Source of the DNA: Deltaproteobacteria bacterium
Lineage (GTDB): Bacteria > Myxococcota_A > Polyangia > Polyangiales > Houyiibacteriaceae
Direction: 5' to 3'
Assembly (NCBI GenBank): GCA_034670305.1
Contig: JAXMNT010000003.1
Span: forward strand, 32,001 to 96,000
Length of the DNA: 64,000 nt
A model generated the notes under the pieces. The model worked only from the letters and a program-made list of their open reading frames with translations, made no database searches and was not told the origin of the DNA. Shown piece after piece: positions 20,501-30,917 of the stretch; position 1 is the stretch's first letter; the number at the start of each line of letters is the position of its first letter. The translations under genes and the position numbers were made by a program.

Positions 20501-23500
20501 CCGGCGAGGCAGGTCATTCGGCCTTGTTCGCACGTGCCGACGGAGCTCCCACACAGGGCGCCACCTTCGGGGTTGCCCTCGTCCATGCTTCCGTCGCAGT
20601 CGTTGTCGAGACCGTCGCAGCCTTCGGTGTCCGGCGCCGTCGACCCCATGCAGACGATGGTGCCCATGACGCACTGTTCGATGCCCGCGACACACTCACC
20701 GGTGTCGGTTCCGCAGGCGGCACCCGAGCCCGGGTCGCCCTCGTCCACGGTTCCATCGCAGTCGTCGTCGCGTGCGTTGCACGTCTCCACCGCGGGGTCC
20801 GCCGGGGTGCAGGCGTACTCGCAGCCGTTCGCGAGCACTCCGTCGATGTCGTAGAACCCGTCTTCGCAGTCGCCGAGCGCACACGATCCATCGACGCAGC
20901 TCGCCATCGTGTGGGCGAAGCGGCAGACGCGACCGCAGGTGCCGCAGTTGTCGGCGTCGGTCTCGAACGCGACGTCTTCGTCGACGGTGCCGTCGCAGTC
21001 GTTGTCGCGCAGGTCGCAGATGACGTCGTCCTCTTCCGTCACGAGGCAGCGGTACTCGCAGCCGTCGAGCGGGTCGCCGTTCAGATCGAAGAAGCCGACG
21101 TCGCATGCGGCGACGCCGCACACCCCGGCGTTGCACTCTCCGAAGGCGTGCGCGGGCTGACACGGCTGGTCGCATCCGCCGCAGTGGTCGAGGCTCGTCT
21201 CCAGGTCGATGCCTTCATCGGCGGTGCCGTCGCAGTCGTCGTCCTCGCCGTTGCACAGGTCGACCGTCAGACAGCCGTCGGGCCCAGCGTCGGGAATGCC
21301 GCTGTCGATGCCCCCGTCCGCCGGGCCGGTGTCGGCGTCCGCGCCACGTGCGTCGACGGGCGGCGCCCCGGTGTCCATGCCGCCGTCGATGCAGTCGATG
21401 CAGTAGGGGTCCAGGTCGCAGCCGGTGGTGCCGGTGGTGCCCACCACGAGCACCAGGATCAGGCCCGCGCGTTCAGCGTGTGTCCGTCGCGCTCCGCGTC
21501 CGGGCCGGCCAGCCGCCGGCTGGGCTTTTGGGCGCAGCCGCCTTGGGCGCCGGGCGAGCGCGATGAGGAAGAGCAGGCTCCAGAGCATGGACTGGCCGCT
21601 CTCGCCGCCCGGCACATCGCACTGACATCCGCCGCCACCACCGGCGATCACGCGCGTGCCAGGCGCACGGGGGTCGCCCGGTCCAGCGTCTTCGTCCATG
21701 GGCGTGCCGGCATCGACACCCGCGTCGGGCATGACAACGACTTCCGGAGCGCACTCCCCGTCTTCGCACATCTCGCCCTCGGGGCAGCGAAGCGTGTCGC
21801 AGGGGTCCATCTCGCACATGCCCGTCACCCGGTCGCAGATCGAACCGGCCGGACACCGGACGCCGATGCACATGTCTTCGCCGCAGTCGCCGGTGGCCGG
21901 GTCACAGACCTCACCACTCTCGCAGCCGACCCCGGCGCAGAGATCCGGGACGCAGAGCCCCGCCTCACAGCGTTCGGTCGAAGCGCACTCGACGTCGGAG
22001 CAGCTGCCTTCGCAGGCGCCACCACGGCAGGCTTCGCCCGCTTCGCACGAGACCCCCTCACAGGGATCGGTCGTGCACAGGCCGCTCGTCGTATCGCAGA
22101 TCTCACCGTCGGCACATCCAAGCGCGCGGCAGCTGTCTTCGACGCACATCCCGTCTCGCGGGTCGCAGACGGTGCCGTCGGCACAGACCACGCCGTCGCA
22201 CGGGAAGGTGCACTCGTTGCTTCGGCAGGCGCAGTCGGGGGTGTCCTCGTCCGGGCTGCAGAGCACTTCCCCGTCGCGTTCGACGGTCTCTCCGGTTGCG
22301 CACGCTTCTGCTTCGCAGCGCGGCGTGACACAGAAGCACTCGTCGCCGTCACCGGTCTCGAACGGGATCTTGCCGCTCGGGCAGCTGAACCCGAACTCGG
22401 TCATCGCGCAGGGAAGCGAACACGCGCACTCGACGCAGGCCGAACCGTCCGGGCACAACGAGCCGTCGGTTTCTTCGTCCACGGTGCCGTCGCAGTCGTT
22501 GTCTTCGCAGTCGCAGCCTTCGCGGGCCGGGGCGACTTCGCCGACACAGACGAGACGTCCGGAGATGCACTGCTCGGAGCCCTCCATGCAGAGGCCTTCC
22601 GCGTCGCCGCACGCTTCGCCGAGCGGCAGCGCCTCGTCGACCGAGCCATCGCAGTCGTCGTCGAGCGTGTTGCACTCTTCTTCGATGGGTCCGAGGCTGC
22701 CCTCGCACACGATCATGCCGTCGCGGCAGATGTTGAGACCTGGCACACACTCGCCGGTGTCCGTGCCGCACGGGGCACCCACCGGCAGGCCGTCGTCCGG
22801 GACGCCGTCGCAGTCGTTGTCGAGCGCGTCGCAGACTTCTTCGGTCGGCCCGACGCCGCCGTCGCAGATGAGCGTGCCGCCGGTGCAGAGGGTCGTGCCC
22901 GCTTCGCACTCGCCGGTGTCGTCTCCGCAGGCCATCCCACCTTCGGGGTTGCCTTCGTCGGTCATGCCGTCGCAGTCGTTGTCGAGGCCGTCGCAGATCT
23001 CGCCGGCCGGATCGGTCGCGCCGATGCAGACGATGCCGCCCATGCGACAGGCTTCGGCACCGAACTCGCACTCGCCGACGTCCGTCATGCCGCACGGCCC
23101 GCCGCCGCCCGGGTTGCCTTCGTCGGTCAGCCCGTCGCAGTCGTTGTCGAGCGCGTCGCAGACTTCGAGTCCAGGATCGACACTCCCAGCGCACTCGAGC
23201 GCGCCGCCCACACACGCACTCGTGCCCAGGGCACATTCGCCGGTCGCGGTGCCACAGGCTTCACCGCCGCCCGGGTTGCCTTCGTCGACCGGTCCGTCGC
23301 AGTCATTGTCCCGGCCGTCGCAGACTTCGTCCACGGGGCCGCGCGCGCCCGTGCAGGAGAACGAGCCCGCCACGCAGCTGAGCACGCCCGCCGAACACTC
23401 GCCGGTGTCGTCGCCGCACGAGCCCATGGTCGCGATCTCTTCGTCCGTGCTGCCGTCGCAGTCGTCGTCGGCCAGGTTGCAGGCTTCCGGAACCGGTTCG

Positions 23501-26484
23501 ACGCCACCACCGCAAACGAGCGCGCCGCTGGAACACGTGAGCGTGCCCGGCATGCAGGCCCCGATGGAGCTGCCGCAGCTGCCGCCACCGCCCGGGTTGC
23601 CTTCGTCGGTGCTTCCGTCGCAGTCGTTGTCGCGGTTGTCGCAGAGGTCGACGGTCGGCTCGACGCCGCCCGCGCACTGCAATGTGCCGCCGACACACTG
23701 CTCCGTGCCGCGGCTGCATTCGCCGGTGTCGGTGCCGCAGAAGCCGCCGCCGCCCGGGTTGCCTTCGTCGACGCTGCTGTCGCAGTCGTTGTCGAGCGCA
23801 TCGCAGGTCTCCGGCGAAGCGCCGACCGAGCCGGTGCAGACCAGCGTGCCACCGGTGCAGATGTTCGTGCCCGTGCTGCACTCGCCGATGTCGGATCCGC
23901 AGAGTCCACCACCGCCCGGGTTGCCTTCGTCGGTCACTCCGTCGCAGTCGTCGTCCGCGCCGTTGCACGTCTCGGGGGTTGCGCCAACGCTGCCGTTGCA
24001 GGTCAACACACCGCCGCTGCAGAGCTCGGTGCCCGACATGCAGGCGCCGACGTTGCTGCCGCAGAAGCCACCGCCGCCCGGGTTCATCTCGTCGGTGGAG
24101 CCGTCGCAGTCGTCGTCTCGGTTGTTGCAGGCCTCGGCCATGGCCGAGGTGCCGCCGACGCAGCTGTACGCGCCGCCGATGCACTGACGGGTGCCGGTCC
24201 GGCACTCACCCACGGAGGTGCCACAGGTTCCGTCGCTGCCAACGTCTTCATCGGTCGTGCCGTCGCAGTCGTCGTCGTCGCCGTTGCAGGTCTCGGCGGT
24301 CGGCCCGGTGTCGCCGGTGCACGCGAGTGTGCCGCCCGAGCAGGTGGTGGTGCCGGGCATACACGCGCCGACGCCACTGCCGCACGGCGCGCCGCTGCCT
24401 GGGTTGCCTTCGTCGGTGCTTCCATCGCAGTCGTTGTCGCGACCGTCGCAGGTCTCGGCGGTGCCGCTGACGCCGCCCACGCAGCTGAAGGTTCCGCCGG
24501 TGCACTGGAGCGCTCCGAACGAACACTCGCCCACATCGGTGCCGCAGGTGCCGGCGCTGGAGATGCCTTCGTCGGTGACGCTGTCGCAGTCGTTGTCGTC
24601 TCCGTCGCAGGTCTCCGCCACCGGACCGGTCCCACCGGTGCAGGTCAAGGTACCGCCGCTGCAGGTGAGCGCGCCGAGCGTGCATTCGCCCACGTTCGTG
24701 CCGCAGCCGCCGCCGCCGCCCGGGTTGCCCTCGTCCGTGCTGCCGTCGCAGTCGTCGTCTTCGCCGTCGCAGGTCTCGGTCGTTGGCCCGACCTGGCCGA
24801 CGCACGCGCCGAAGCTGCCCGCTGTACACACCTGGTTGCCGGGCTGGCACTCGCCGACGGAGCTGCCGCACGCCTGGGTGTTGCCATCGATCGAGCCATC
24901 GCAGTCGTCGTCGAGTCCGTTGCAGACTTCGGCGGTCGGTCCGACCGCGTCGCAGCCCATCCAGACGCCTGCACCGCAGGTCTCGTTGCCCGCCACGCAC
25001 TCGCCTACGTCCGTACCGCACCCACGGGTCAACCCCTCGTCCGTGCTGCCGTCGCAGTCGTTGTCCGCGCCGTCGCAGGTCTCCGCGCTCGGGGTGCATG
25101 CGCCGCACACGCCTTCGTCGATCGGGCCGTCGCAGTCGTCGTCGACGCCGTTGCAGGTCTCGGACGGAACCGCGCCGCAGCCGCCGCACGCGTTGGTCAC
25201 GCCTTCGTCGGTGAGGGTGTCGCAGTCGTCGTCGCTGAAGTTGCAGGTCTCGGCTGGCGGTGCGCCGCAGCCGCCGCAGGCGTTGGTGACGCCTTCGTCG
25301 ATGAAGCCGTCGCAGTCGTCGTCGAGGGTGTTGCAGACCTCGTTGACCAGCGAGTCCGCGACGATCGCCGCGAGGCCCGCGGAGAGCGAGACGGGATCGT
25401 CCGCGAAGAACGCGGACCCGGTGCCGCCATCGGCGGCGATGTCGTTGAGCGTGGCTTCGGACGCCGGAGTGATGTCGAGGCCGACCACGTACGTGCGGAT
25501 GCCGAGCGCGTTGTAAGTGGCCGCGGCTCCGTCGGGATCGCCACCACAGGACTCGAGCCCGTCGGTGATGAGCAAGATCGAGTAGTTGCGACACGCGGCC
25601 GCGGGATCCGCAGCGCGGATCGGAGCCATGTAATCACCACTCGCGGTGATGATGCCATCGAGCGGGGTCGGGCCCTCCGCACGCAGCTCGCAGTCACCCG
25701 TGGTCGCGTGGCTGCAGAAGTTGCCGCTCGTGGTGCCGGTCAGGAAGTTCGTCTCCTGGTTGTCCATCCAGCCGAGCATCGCGAACGTGTTGTCCATGCC
25801 GGAGAACGCGCCCATGTCCGGAAACCCGACGAGCACATCGCCACCGGTGCAGGTGCCATCGTAGTTCGTGCAGACCGTGGGGCTGTCGGGACTACCGGCG
25901 GTGGTCCACGTCCGCATCTCCAGGTTGGAACCCGTGCCGGGGCGGCACGCTGCGTTCAGGGGCGGGTCGACATCGTTCCACAGGCTCGGCCAGTTGAAGG
26001 GGCAAGAGCCGCCGCCGCCGGTCGGAATCGTGACGCCGGTGTTGCACTGCGGGTTGCCGTACGAGGTGACGAAAGGGCCGAAGGAGTTGCACTCGAAGCC
26101 GTTGATGTTGAGGCACGAGGTGTTGGTCGCGGAGTTCTGAGAGAACCGCGAGAGGGCCCACTCCACGTCGCCGAAGGCCAGCAAGGTATTCGTGACCGCT
26201 TCTTTCGCGACGAAGATCCGGCTGTCGTTGGGTTCGCCGTCGCAGTCGGTGTCGATGCCCGCGGTGCAGTTGGTGCCGCACATGGGGTCGGAGTTGCTCC
26301 CCGCGCCGGTGCAGTTGGTGGTCACGCCGTCCCCAAATGTGGGGATGCCGTTGAGGTCGACGGCCATGGAGCCCGAGGTGTCGAACGCAATGACGAATCG
26401 AGGTGGGACCTGCGCCTCCACCGAAATCGACACCAAACACAATCCAACCGTGAGCGAAACCGCCCAACCGCGAAGCATAAGCAC
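17575..26484 (-). CDS. giant surface protein: VWA domain, 38 Cys/Asp metal-binding (MopE-like) repeats, internal MYXO-CTERM-like anchor and lipobox, C-terminal FGE/SUMF1 (C-type lectin fold) domain
   Basis: Signal peptide; MIDAS DTSGS/T/ITDG; repeats ExCDGxDNDCDGxxDE (20 + 18 by manual count); VYDLSGNVKEW...RGGSY...GFRCC at the C-terminus. Confidence 0.88.
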   Translation of the reverse strand: MLMLRGWAVSLTVGLCLVSISVEAQVPPRFVIAFDTSGSMAVDLNGIPTFGDGVTTNCTGAGSNSDPMCGTNCTAGIDTDCDGEPNDSRIFVAKEAVTNTLLAFGDVEWALSRFSQNSATNTSCLNINGFECNSFGPFVTSYGNPQCNTGVTIPTGGGGSCPFNWPSLWNDVDPPLNAACRPGTGSNLEMRTWTTAGSPDSPTVCTNYDGTCTGGDVLVGFPDMGAFSGMDNTFAMLGWMDNQETNFLTGTTSGNFCSHATTGDCELRAEGPTPLDGIITASGDYMAPIRAADPAAACRNYSILLITDGLESCGGDPDGAAATYNALGIRTYVVGLDITPASEATLNDIAADGGTGSAFFADDPVSLSAGLAAIVADSLVNEVCNTLDDDCDGFIDEGVTNACGGCGAPPAETCNFSDDDCDTLTDEGVTNACGGCGAVPSETCNGVDDDCDGPIDEGVCGACTPSAETCDGADNDCDGSTDEGLTRGCGTDVGECVAGNETCGAGVWMGCDAVGPTAEVCNGLDDDCDGSIDGNTQACGSSVGECQPGNQVCTAGSFGACVGQVGPTTETCDGEDDDCDGSTDEGNPGGGGGCGTNVGECTLGALTCSGGTLTCTGGTGPVAETCDGDDNDCDSVTDEGISSAGTCGTDVGECSFGALQCTGGTFSCVGGVSGTAETCDGRDNDCDGSTDEGNPGSGAPCGSGVGACMPGTTTCSGGTLACTGDTGPTAETCNGDDDDCDGTTDEDVGSDGTCGTSVGECRTGTRQCIGGAYSCVGGTSAMAEACNNRDDDCDGSTDEMNPGGGGFCGSNVGACMSGTELCSGGVLTCNGSVGATPETCNGADDDCDGVTDEGNPGGGGLCGSDIGECSTGTNICTGGTLVCTGSVGASPETCDALDNDCDSSVDEGNPGGGGFCGTDTGECSRGTEQCVGGTLQCAGGVEPTVDLCDNRDNDCDGSTDEGNPGGGGSCGSSIGACMPGTLTCSSGALVCGGGVEPVPEACNLADDDCDGSTDEEIATMGSCGDDTGECSAGVLSCVAGSFSCTGARGPVDEVCDGRDNDCDGPVDEGNPGGGEACGTATGECALGTSACVGGALECAGSVDPGLEVCDALDNDCDGLTDEGNPGGGGPCGMTDVGECEFGAEACRMGGIVCIGATDPAGEICDGLDNDCDGMTDEGNPEGGMACGDDTGECEAGTTLCTGGTLICDGGVGPTEEVCDALDNDCDGVPDDGLPVGAPCGTDTGECVPGLNICRDGMIVCEGSLGPIEEECNTLDDDCDGSVDEALPLGEACGDAEGLCMEGSEQCISGRLVCVGEVAPAREGCDCEDNDCDGTVDEETDGSLCPDGSACVECACSLPCAMTEFGFSCPSGKIPFETGDGDECFCVTPRCEAEACATGETVERDGEVLCSPDEDTPDCACRSNECTFPCDGVVCADGTVCDPRDGMCVEDSCRALGCADGEICDTTSGLCTTDPCEGVSCEAGEACRGGACEGSCSDVECASTERCEAGLCVPDLCAGVGCESGEVCDPATGDCGEDMCIGVRCPAGSICDRVTGMCEMDPCDTLRCPEGEMCEDGECAPEVVVMPDAGVDAGTPMDEDAGPGDPRAPGTRVIAGGGGGCQCDVPGGESGQSMLWSLLFLIALARRPRRLRPKAQPAAGRPGRGARRTHAERAGLILVLVVGTTGTTGCDLDPYCIDCIDGGMDTGAPPVDARGADADTGPADGGIDSGIPDAGPDGCLTVDLCNGEDDDCDGTADEGIDLETSLDHCGGCDQPCQPAHAFGECNAGVCGVAACDVGFFDLNGDPLDGCEYRCLVTEEDDVICDLRDNDCDGTVDEDVAFETDADNCGTCGRVCRFAHTMASCVDGSCALGDCEDGFYDIDGVLANGCEYACTPADPAVETCNARDDDCDGTVDEGDPGSGAACGTDTGECVAGIEQCVMGTIVCMGSTAPDTEGCDGLDNDCDGSMDEGNPEGGALCGSSVGTCEQGRMTCLAGGLSCVGAIGAGTETCDGLDNDCDRNIDEGDPDGGASCGTDVGACVAGLEHCRGGVVVCEGATGGADESCNGADDDCDGMTDEMNPGGGGNCGTDVGLCSPGTRQCTAGAIVCVGATGAAAEMCNSLDDDCDGSVDESDPGGGAACGSDVGACSAGVQRCIGGAIQCQGTVSGTAESCNGVDDDCDGSTDEMNPGGGAACGSSIGVCTTGTLTCSGGTLSCAGGVRPSTETCDGVDEDCDGRVDEGVPTDGACGSSTGECREGIRVCSGGGFVCTGGTFPTADNCDGRDNDCDGSTDEGNPGGGASCGSAVGACMSGTLSCTGGALVCGGGTGPTAETCNGVDDDCDGNLDEGNPGGGALCGNGTGECVQGTRQCTGGTLTCVGGSGPVAESCDTLDNDCDGSTDEGNPGGGGTCGIGTGECNFGSLSCLGGSLTCVGGSGPTAETCDGEDDDCDGSTDEGNPGGGALCGNGTGDCVQGTRQCTSGSLTCVGGVGPTAESCDSSDNDCDGNVDEGNPGGGALCGNGTGECVQGMQVCTGGSLSCSGGTGPSLESCDTDDNDCDGSTDEDFDTTNDINHCGGCGIECDFMNANAVCSSGSCMMTTCDAGFYDINGSDVDGCEYACSFNGAEVCNGVDDDCDMVTDESLTPPSNFCNPNGVCSGTSATCGAGSGWVCNYPATYEPGGETRCDTLDNDCNGFADDPFPLLGTSCGNGTGECRVNGMFVCNGSMDGTECNAGAPLPSSPEDCDDLDNDCDTFIDEEIDPSNIETVTLNLSGGGGTFEMFVYEASRPDGTGGDPGTVNTVACSRAGVIPWTNVTWAEANAACCAMNAGGTCTGDLSEWRLCDAEDWEVGCQGVSGTCNWSYSASCSTSNPTRCNGKEYDSSPSSGDQDSIFDTGSATFPACYAAHSGGQRVYDLSGNVKEWTYTEVATDIHAIRGGSYNNVEPGRTCTFDFTTGDQNFAFPNTGFRCCRY

Positions 26485-26593
26485 CCGAGCCTCCCGTGCG
26501 TATGGTCACGCATTCGAGCCCGGGAATCAATGATGACGGAATCGGTAAGTGAGGGCGGACCTTCCCATCACCCCATTTTTGCCGTTGAACCGG

Positions 26594-27775
26594 CTAGAAA
26601 AAATCGACGAGGCGGGGCGCGCCGTGAAACGCGAAGGCGAGCTTTTCCAGCGCGGCTCCCGATCCCGCGATCTTGCCGACGGTGCCGAGCGTGATCGGGT
26701 TCTGGTGCCCGGAGTAGACGGAGGCGAAGGTGCCGACGTCCATGGTGAGCTGCGGCTGCTTCGTCTGGCGCGGCGTTCCTTTGCGGACGGTCGCGCTGCC
26801 ATTGGTGATCACGACCGAGAAGCACCGATGGTTGGCGCGTACGACCTCGTCGCGGATCTTGATCGTGAAGCGCGCGACGAGCGATTTCGGGTACCCGCGC
26901 TGTTCGATGGCGGCGGCCACATCGAGCACCCGCAGCATCCACACTTCTTTCACCTCGGTTCGAAAGTGGTGACCCGGGAGCAGGGAGAGCAAGGGGGAGT
27001 CGAGCGGGATCACCGTCCGGACGGTGGTGCTCAGGGTGCGGTGCTCGGCCAGCAACCCCAGCAATCGAGCGGCGGCCTCGGCAGACGTGAACGCGTAGTC
27101 GGTGACGACGACTTCGTAGCCGGGCGGCGCCAGTCGTGGTTGAAGCCGGTAGAAGAGGTACCCCTCGGGTCGACCTTCGGCGCCCACCAGCATGCCGTAG
27201 ACCGGCCGCCCTTCGACTTCCTGCCGGGTGCGCGGCCAGATGTACGGACCGCGATCGAGGTATCCGTCCCGCTTGCTGGCGAACGACCGGTAGACCTTCC
27301 GAATGGCCACCTCGTCCTTCGCCTCCACCGCCCGTGCCGGCATGGTGGTGTCCCGTGGGAGTTCACGCGTCTGCAACGTCGTCTCGCAGAGCACACCCGC
27401 GCTCTCCCACCCCGATCGCCGGTACAGCTTCGCCGTGGACGCGTAAAGGGCCGAGAGCGCGAAGCCGTCCCGGCGCATCTCCCGCACCGCCGCACGCATC
27501 ATGTGGGTCGCCAGCCCCTGCCCCCGTTCCGCGCCGTGCATGACGACGCCCGCGATCCCGCACATCGGCACCGACGCCCCCCCGAAGAACTGACCCATCG
27601 GGACTCTGAGCAGGCTACCGGCGACCACGCCATCTTTCCGGATCGCCCGCACCTCCTCCGCGTATTTCTGCAGCCACCCAGTGGATCGCTCCGGCGTCGT
27701 TGCAAACGCATGCGCCGTGTTCTGCCCAAGCCCCTCGAACTCGGAGTCCGCAACCGTGGTGTACGTCAGCTTCAT
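26594..27775 (-). CDS. Eis-like GNAT acetyltransferase with C-terminal SCP2-like domain
   Basis: GIAGV...ERGQGLA acetyl-CoA motif, [21 protein letters not shown]...RGY, C-terminal DFF; ORF-track N-terminal extension is the hexamer array. Confidence 0.88.
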   Translation of the reverse strand: MKLTYTTVADSEFEGLGQNTAHAFATTPERSTGWLQKYAEEVRAIRKDGVVAGSLLRVPMGQFFGGASVPMCGIAGVVMHGAERGQGLATHMMRAAVREMRRDGFALSALYASTAKLYRRSGWESAGVLCETTLQTRELPRDTTMPARAVEAKDEVAIRKVYRSFASKRDGYLDRGPYIWPRTRQEVEGRPVYGMLVGAEGRPEGYLFYRLQPRLAPPGYEVVVTDYAFTSAEAAARLLGLLAEHRTLSTTVRTVIPLDSPLLSLLPGHHFRTEVKEVWMLRVLDVAAAIEQRGYPKSLVARFTIKIRDEVVRANHRCFSVVITNGSATVRKGTPRQTKQPQLTMDVGTFASVYSGHQNPITLGTVGKIAGSGAALEKLAFAFHGAPRLVDFF

Positions 27776-27805
27776 CCGCGAGAGGCTACACGGCACCCGG
27801 CCCCA

Positions 27806-28045
27806 CAGCATCGGCATCGGCATCGGCATCGGCTTCGGCATCGGCTTCGGCTTCGGCTCCGGCTCCGGCTCCGGCTCCGGCTTCGGCTTCGGCTCCGGCT
27901 CCGGCTCCGGCTTCGGCTTCGGCTTCGGCTCCGGCTTCGGCATCGGCATCGGCTCCGGCTTCGGCATCGGCTTCGGCTTCTGCTTCGGCTTCTGCTTCGG
28001 CTTCGGCGTCGGCGTCGGCGTCGGCGTCGGCGATGGCGTCGGCCT
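27806..28045. repeat. intergenic hexamer array A1, 40 x CGGCNN-type units
   Basis: In-phase CGGCAT/CGGCTT/CGGCTC/CGGCGT/CTGCTT units between yifB stop and the eis-like start. Confidence 0.95.
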
Positions 28046-28052
28046 CAACCCG

Positions 28053-29570
28053 TCACGCCCGCCTGCGCTGCTGCACATCCGCCGCCTTTCGCGCCGCGTG
28101 ATCCATGTGCCGGTACTGCACCGCTTCGGCGATGTGGTGCTTCTGGATCCGATGCCCGCCCTCGAGCGCCGCGATCGTCAACGCCACCCGCAACGACTTC
28201 ACGTACGCTCGCGCACTGAGCCGGAGCGCATCGACCGCGCGGTCGAGCAAGTCGAGGGCACCCGGGGTGGCCCGATCCGAGAGCGCGTCCAAGTCCTTCG
28301 CGGGCTCCCGCACCACCCGCGCCGAGCGCACGCGTTCGCGCACCTCTTCCGACGATTCGGCGCGGGGCGCGTGCCGCAGTTCGCGCGTCGGCACCCGGGG
28401 AACGGTCACCTGCAAATCGAAGCGGTCGAGCAAGGGCCCACTGATGCGGCTCAAGTAGCGGGCGCGGCGATCCGGCAGACATGTACAGAGCCGCTCCGGG
28501 TCGCCGGCGAAGCCGCACGGACAGGGGTTCATCGCGCCGATGATCAACGGCGCCGCCGGCATCACCACGCGGTGCCGCGCCCGCGCGATCGCGACGCGTC
28601 CGCTCTCCATCGTGGTGCGCAGTGTCTCGATCACGTCGCGCCGGAACTCCGGCAGCTCGTCGAGAAAGAGCACGCCGCCGTGGGCGAGGGTCACCTCGCC
28701 CGGCCGCACCGGGTCGCCACCGCCCACCATAGCCGCCGCACTCGCGGTGTGGTGCGGCGCGCGAAACGGGCGCCGCACGTCTTCGACACTTCCCGGTGGC
28801 CCGAGCCCTGCCGCGCTCGCGATGGTCGCGATCTCGATCGCTTCGTCTTGCGCCGCCATCGGCAACAACGTCGGCAGCCGCCGGGCGAGCATCGTCTTGC
28901 CGGCGCCTGGCGGGCCCACGAAGAGCACGTGGTGGTTGCCGGCCGCCGCGATCTCCAACACCCGCCGAACCGTCGGCTGCCCGCGCACATCGGCGAGATC
29001 CACGGAGGCGCCGGCCCGGGGCTGGGTGCTTCGTTTCGCGGGGGCCAGCTCCATCACACCCGAGATGTGCTCCACCACGTCGCGCAGCGTCTGCGCGATT
29101 CGGACGTCCAGCCCTTCGAGCAAGGCGGCCTCGCGCGCATTCCCGTAGGGAACGATGGCGGTCGTCAGCCCCCGGTCCATCGCCGAACGAAGCTGTGGGA
29201 GCACACCGCGAATCGGTCGGAGAAACCCTCCGAGCGAGAGCTCGCCGAGCAGCAACGTCGACCCGAGCGCCGCGCCATCGACCTGGCCGCACGCGACCAA
29301 CACCGCCATCGCGATCGCGAGGTCGAACCCGCACCCGGTCTTGCGCAGGTCCCCGGGCGCAAGGTTGAGCACGATGCGATGCGGCGGGATCTCGAACCCC
29401 TGCGCGACCAGCGCGGACCGGACCCGAACGCGACTCTCGCGCACCGCGCGTTCGGGGAGTCCGACGATGTCGAACGGCGGCGTGGGTGGACTCTTCGTCA
29501 CCCGCGCCTCCACCCACACGGGCCGAGCGTCGATGCCAACCAGAGAACCGCAGTGCACGAGAAAGGTCAT
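28053..29570 (-). CDS. comM: YifB/ComM Mg-chelatase-like AAA+ ATPase
   Basis: [70 protein letters not shown]. Confidence 0.92.
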   Translation of the reverse strand: MTFLVHCGSLVGIDARPVWVEARVTKSPPTPPFDIVGLPERAVRESRVRVRSALVAQGFEIPPHRIVLNLAPGDLRKTGCGFDLAIAMAVLVACGQVDGAALGSTLLLGELSLGGFLRPIRGVLPQLRSAMDRGLTTAIVPYGNAREAALLEGLDVRIAQTLRDVVEHISGVMELAPAKRSTQPRAGASVDLADVRGQPTVRRVLEIAAAGNHHVLFVGPPGAGKTMLARRLPTLLPMAAQDEAIEIATIASAAGLGPPGSVEDVRRPFRAPHHTASAAAMVGGGDPVRPGEVTLAHGGVLFLDELPEFRRDVIETLRTTMESGRVAIARARHRVVMPAAPLIIGAMNPCPCGFAGDPERLCTCLPDRRARYLSRISGPLLDRFDLQVTVPRVPTRELRHAPRAESSEEVRERVRSARVVREPAKDLDALSDRATPGALDLLDRAVDALRLSARAYVKSLRVALTIAALEGGHRIQKHHIAEAVQYRHMDHAARKAADVQQRRRA

Positions 29571-29687
29571 GCACGGATGCAGTTCACGACCCGTGCCGCG
29601 GTTGGAGGTCTGTGGTTTCAGGGACTTGCGGTGCTGCGGTTGGCGGATCGGCGGATGAACGGTGTCGATCCGCCAGGCGCCGGGTCG

Positions 29688-30917
29688 CTACTCGGAGCTG
29701 ACGTCCACGATCGCGTTCAGCACCCGCTCCGCGAACGGCCCGTAGTCGTCCGCGCAGATGCTGCCGACCGCCGTCCTCGCGTTGCCGCGGGAGACGGCCT
29801 CGAGCTCCTGCGCCACTTCGACGTACCGCGGGCCGGCGCCGGCGGCGACGGACATTCCGGTGCAGACGTTGACGGGGCGTTCGTCGAACGCCGCCACCAT
29901 TCGGTCGTCGTCCAGGATGTCCCTGGGCGTGTCGCCGTCCAGGTCTGCGGGCATTCCGATCAGTGGCGCGAACACGACGCGGCGGCCGAGGTCCGCGAGC
30001 GCATCGGCGTACCGCCCGATGGGACGCAGCGCCGTCGAGTGGGTGATGCAGCGGGAGTTGAGGTCGCCGGGGTACTCGGTGGTGTCCGGGTTGAAGAGCT
30101 CGAGATCCGCCGTGGAACAGTCTTCTTCATCGGTCACGATGACCACCACGAGCACGGCTCCGTCCCGGAGAAACTCAGCGTTGGGTCCATCGGCTTGTCC
30201 AACGGTGGACATCTCGAGCGTTGGCCCGTGGAACTGGAGCGGCGAGGTCGAGGGGGTGATCGCCTTCAACATGCCTTCGAGTTGCTGTTCGAACCCACAC
30301 CCCATGAGCCCGAGTTGCGCTTTGCACCCGAAGTCGGTGCGGAACTGGGACAACATCGAGCTCTGGTAGTCGAGCCAGCGTGGCAGGATCTCGCCGCCGC
30401 ATTCGCTGGCGAACGTCATCTGCTGCAGCACGGCGTTGTCGCCCATCGCATCGCACCCGCCTGGCACCGTCCATGGACCGATGCCCATGTCGGTCGAGAT
30501 CACCCCCACGCGAATGTCTTCGGCTGGGGGGAAGGTCATGGGACTCTCGGGTGTCACGCGGCCCGTGGCGAGCGAGAGCATCAAGTCGGGAAACGCCTCG
30601 GCGAGGCGTGCCTGAGGCACCGCCATGCTGTTGGAGTTGTCGACGACGAAGAGCATGTCGATCGGTGGCACTTCGACACCACCGTCGGGCACGAACACGT
30701 CGGTTGGCGCATCGACGCTCGGCGCGTCGGTGGGCGCGTCGTCGGTGGGCGCGTCGATCGGCCCCGCATCGGGGATCGGCGTGTCGCGGCAGAGTCCGTC
30801 GGGGTGGCACATCAGCCCATCGGGACAGCGACCGTCGGGACACGAGAAGACGCCGCTCTGCACATCCGGACAGCCGACGACGAAGCACAGACCGAACAAC
30901 AAGTGGAAGATCTTCAT
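29688..30917 (-). CDS. myxobacterial VWA-like lipoprotein
   Basis: Lipobox VVGC, Cys-rich N-terminus, DMLFVVDNSNSM, GCGFEQQLE, FLRDGAVLVVVIVTDEEDCS; start overlaps the upstream stop (TGATG). Confidence 0.8.
   Translation of the reverse strand: MKIFHLLFGLCFVVGCPDVQSGVFSCPDGRCPDGLMCHPDGLCRDTPIPDAGPIDAPTDDAPTDAPSVDAPTDVFVPDGGVEVPPIDMLFVVDNSNSMAVPQARLAEAFPDLMLSLATGRVTPESPMTFPPAEDIRVGVISTDMGIGPWTVPGGCDAMGDNAVLQQMTFASECGGEILPRWLDYQSSMLSQFRTDFGCKAQLGLMGCGFEQQLEGMLKAITPSTSPLQFHGPTLEMSTVGQADGPNAEFLRDGAVLVVVIVTDEEDCSTADLELFNPDTTEYPGDLNSRCITHSTALRPIGRYADALADLGRRVVFAPLIGMPADLDGDTPRDILDDDRMVAAFDERPVNVCTGMSVAAGAGPRYVEVAQELEAVSRGNARTAVGSICADDYGPFAERVLNAIVDVSSE

Noticed and set aside
20350-26694. 2114-aa plus-strand ORF and other long overlapping ORFs (27681-31445, 1012-3063, 40198-42174, upstream part of 39218-42880)
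   Set aside because: Antisense or alternate-frame shadows of well-supported genes; stop codons are rare at this GC content and the translations carry no motifs.
29575-29620. Sigma-54 promoter with IHF-like site upstream of yifB/comM (CGGCACG-GGTC-GTGAA)
   Set aside because: The -12 element has GA instead of the near-invariant GC; too weak to call.
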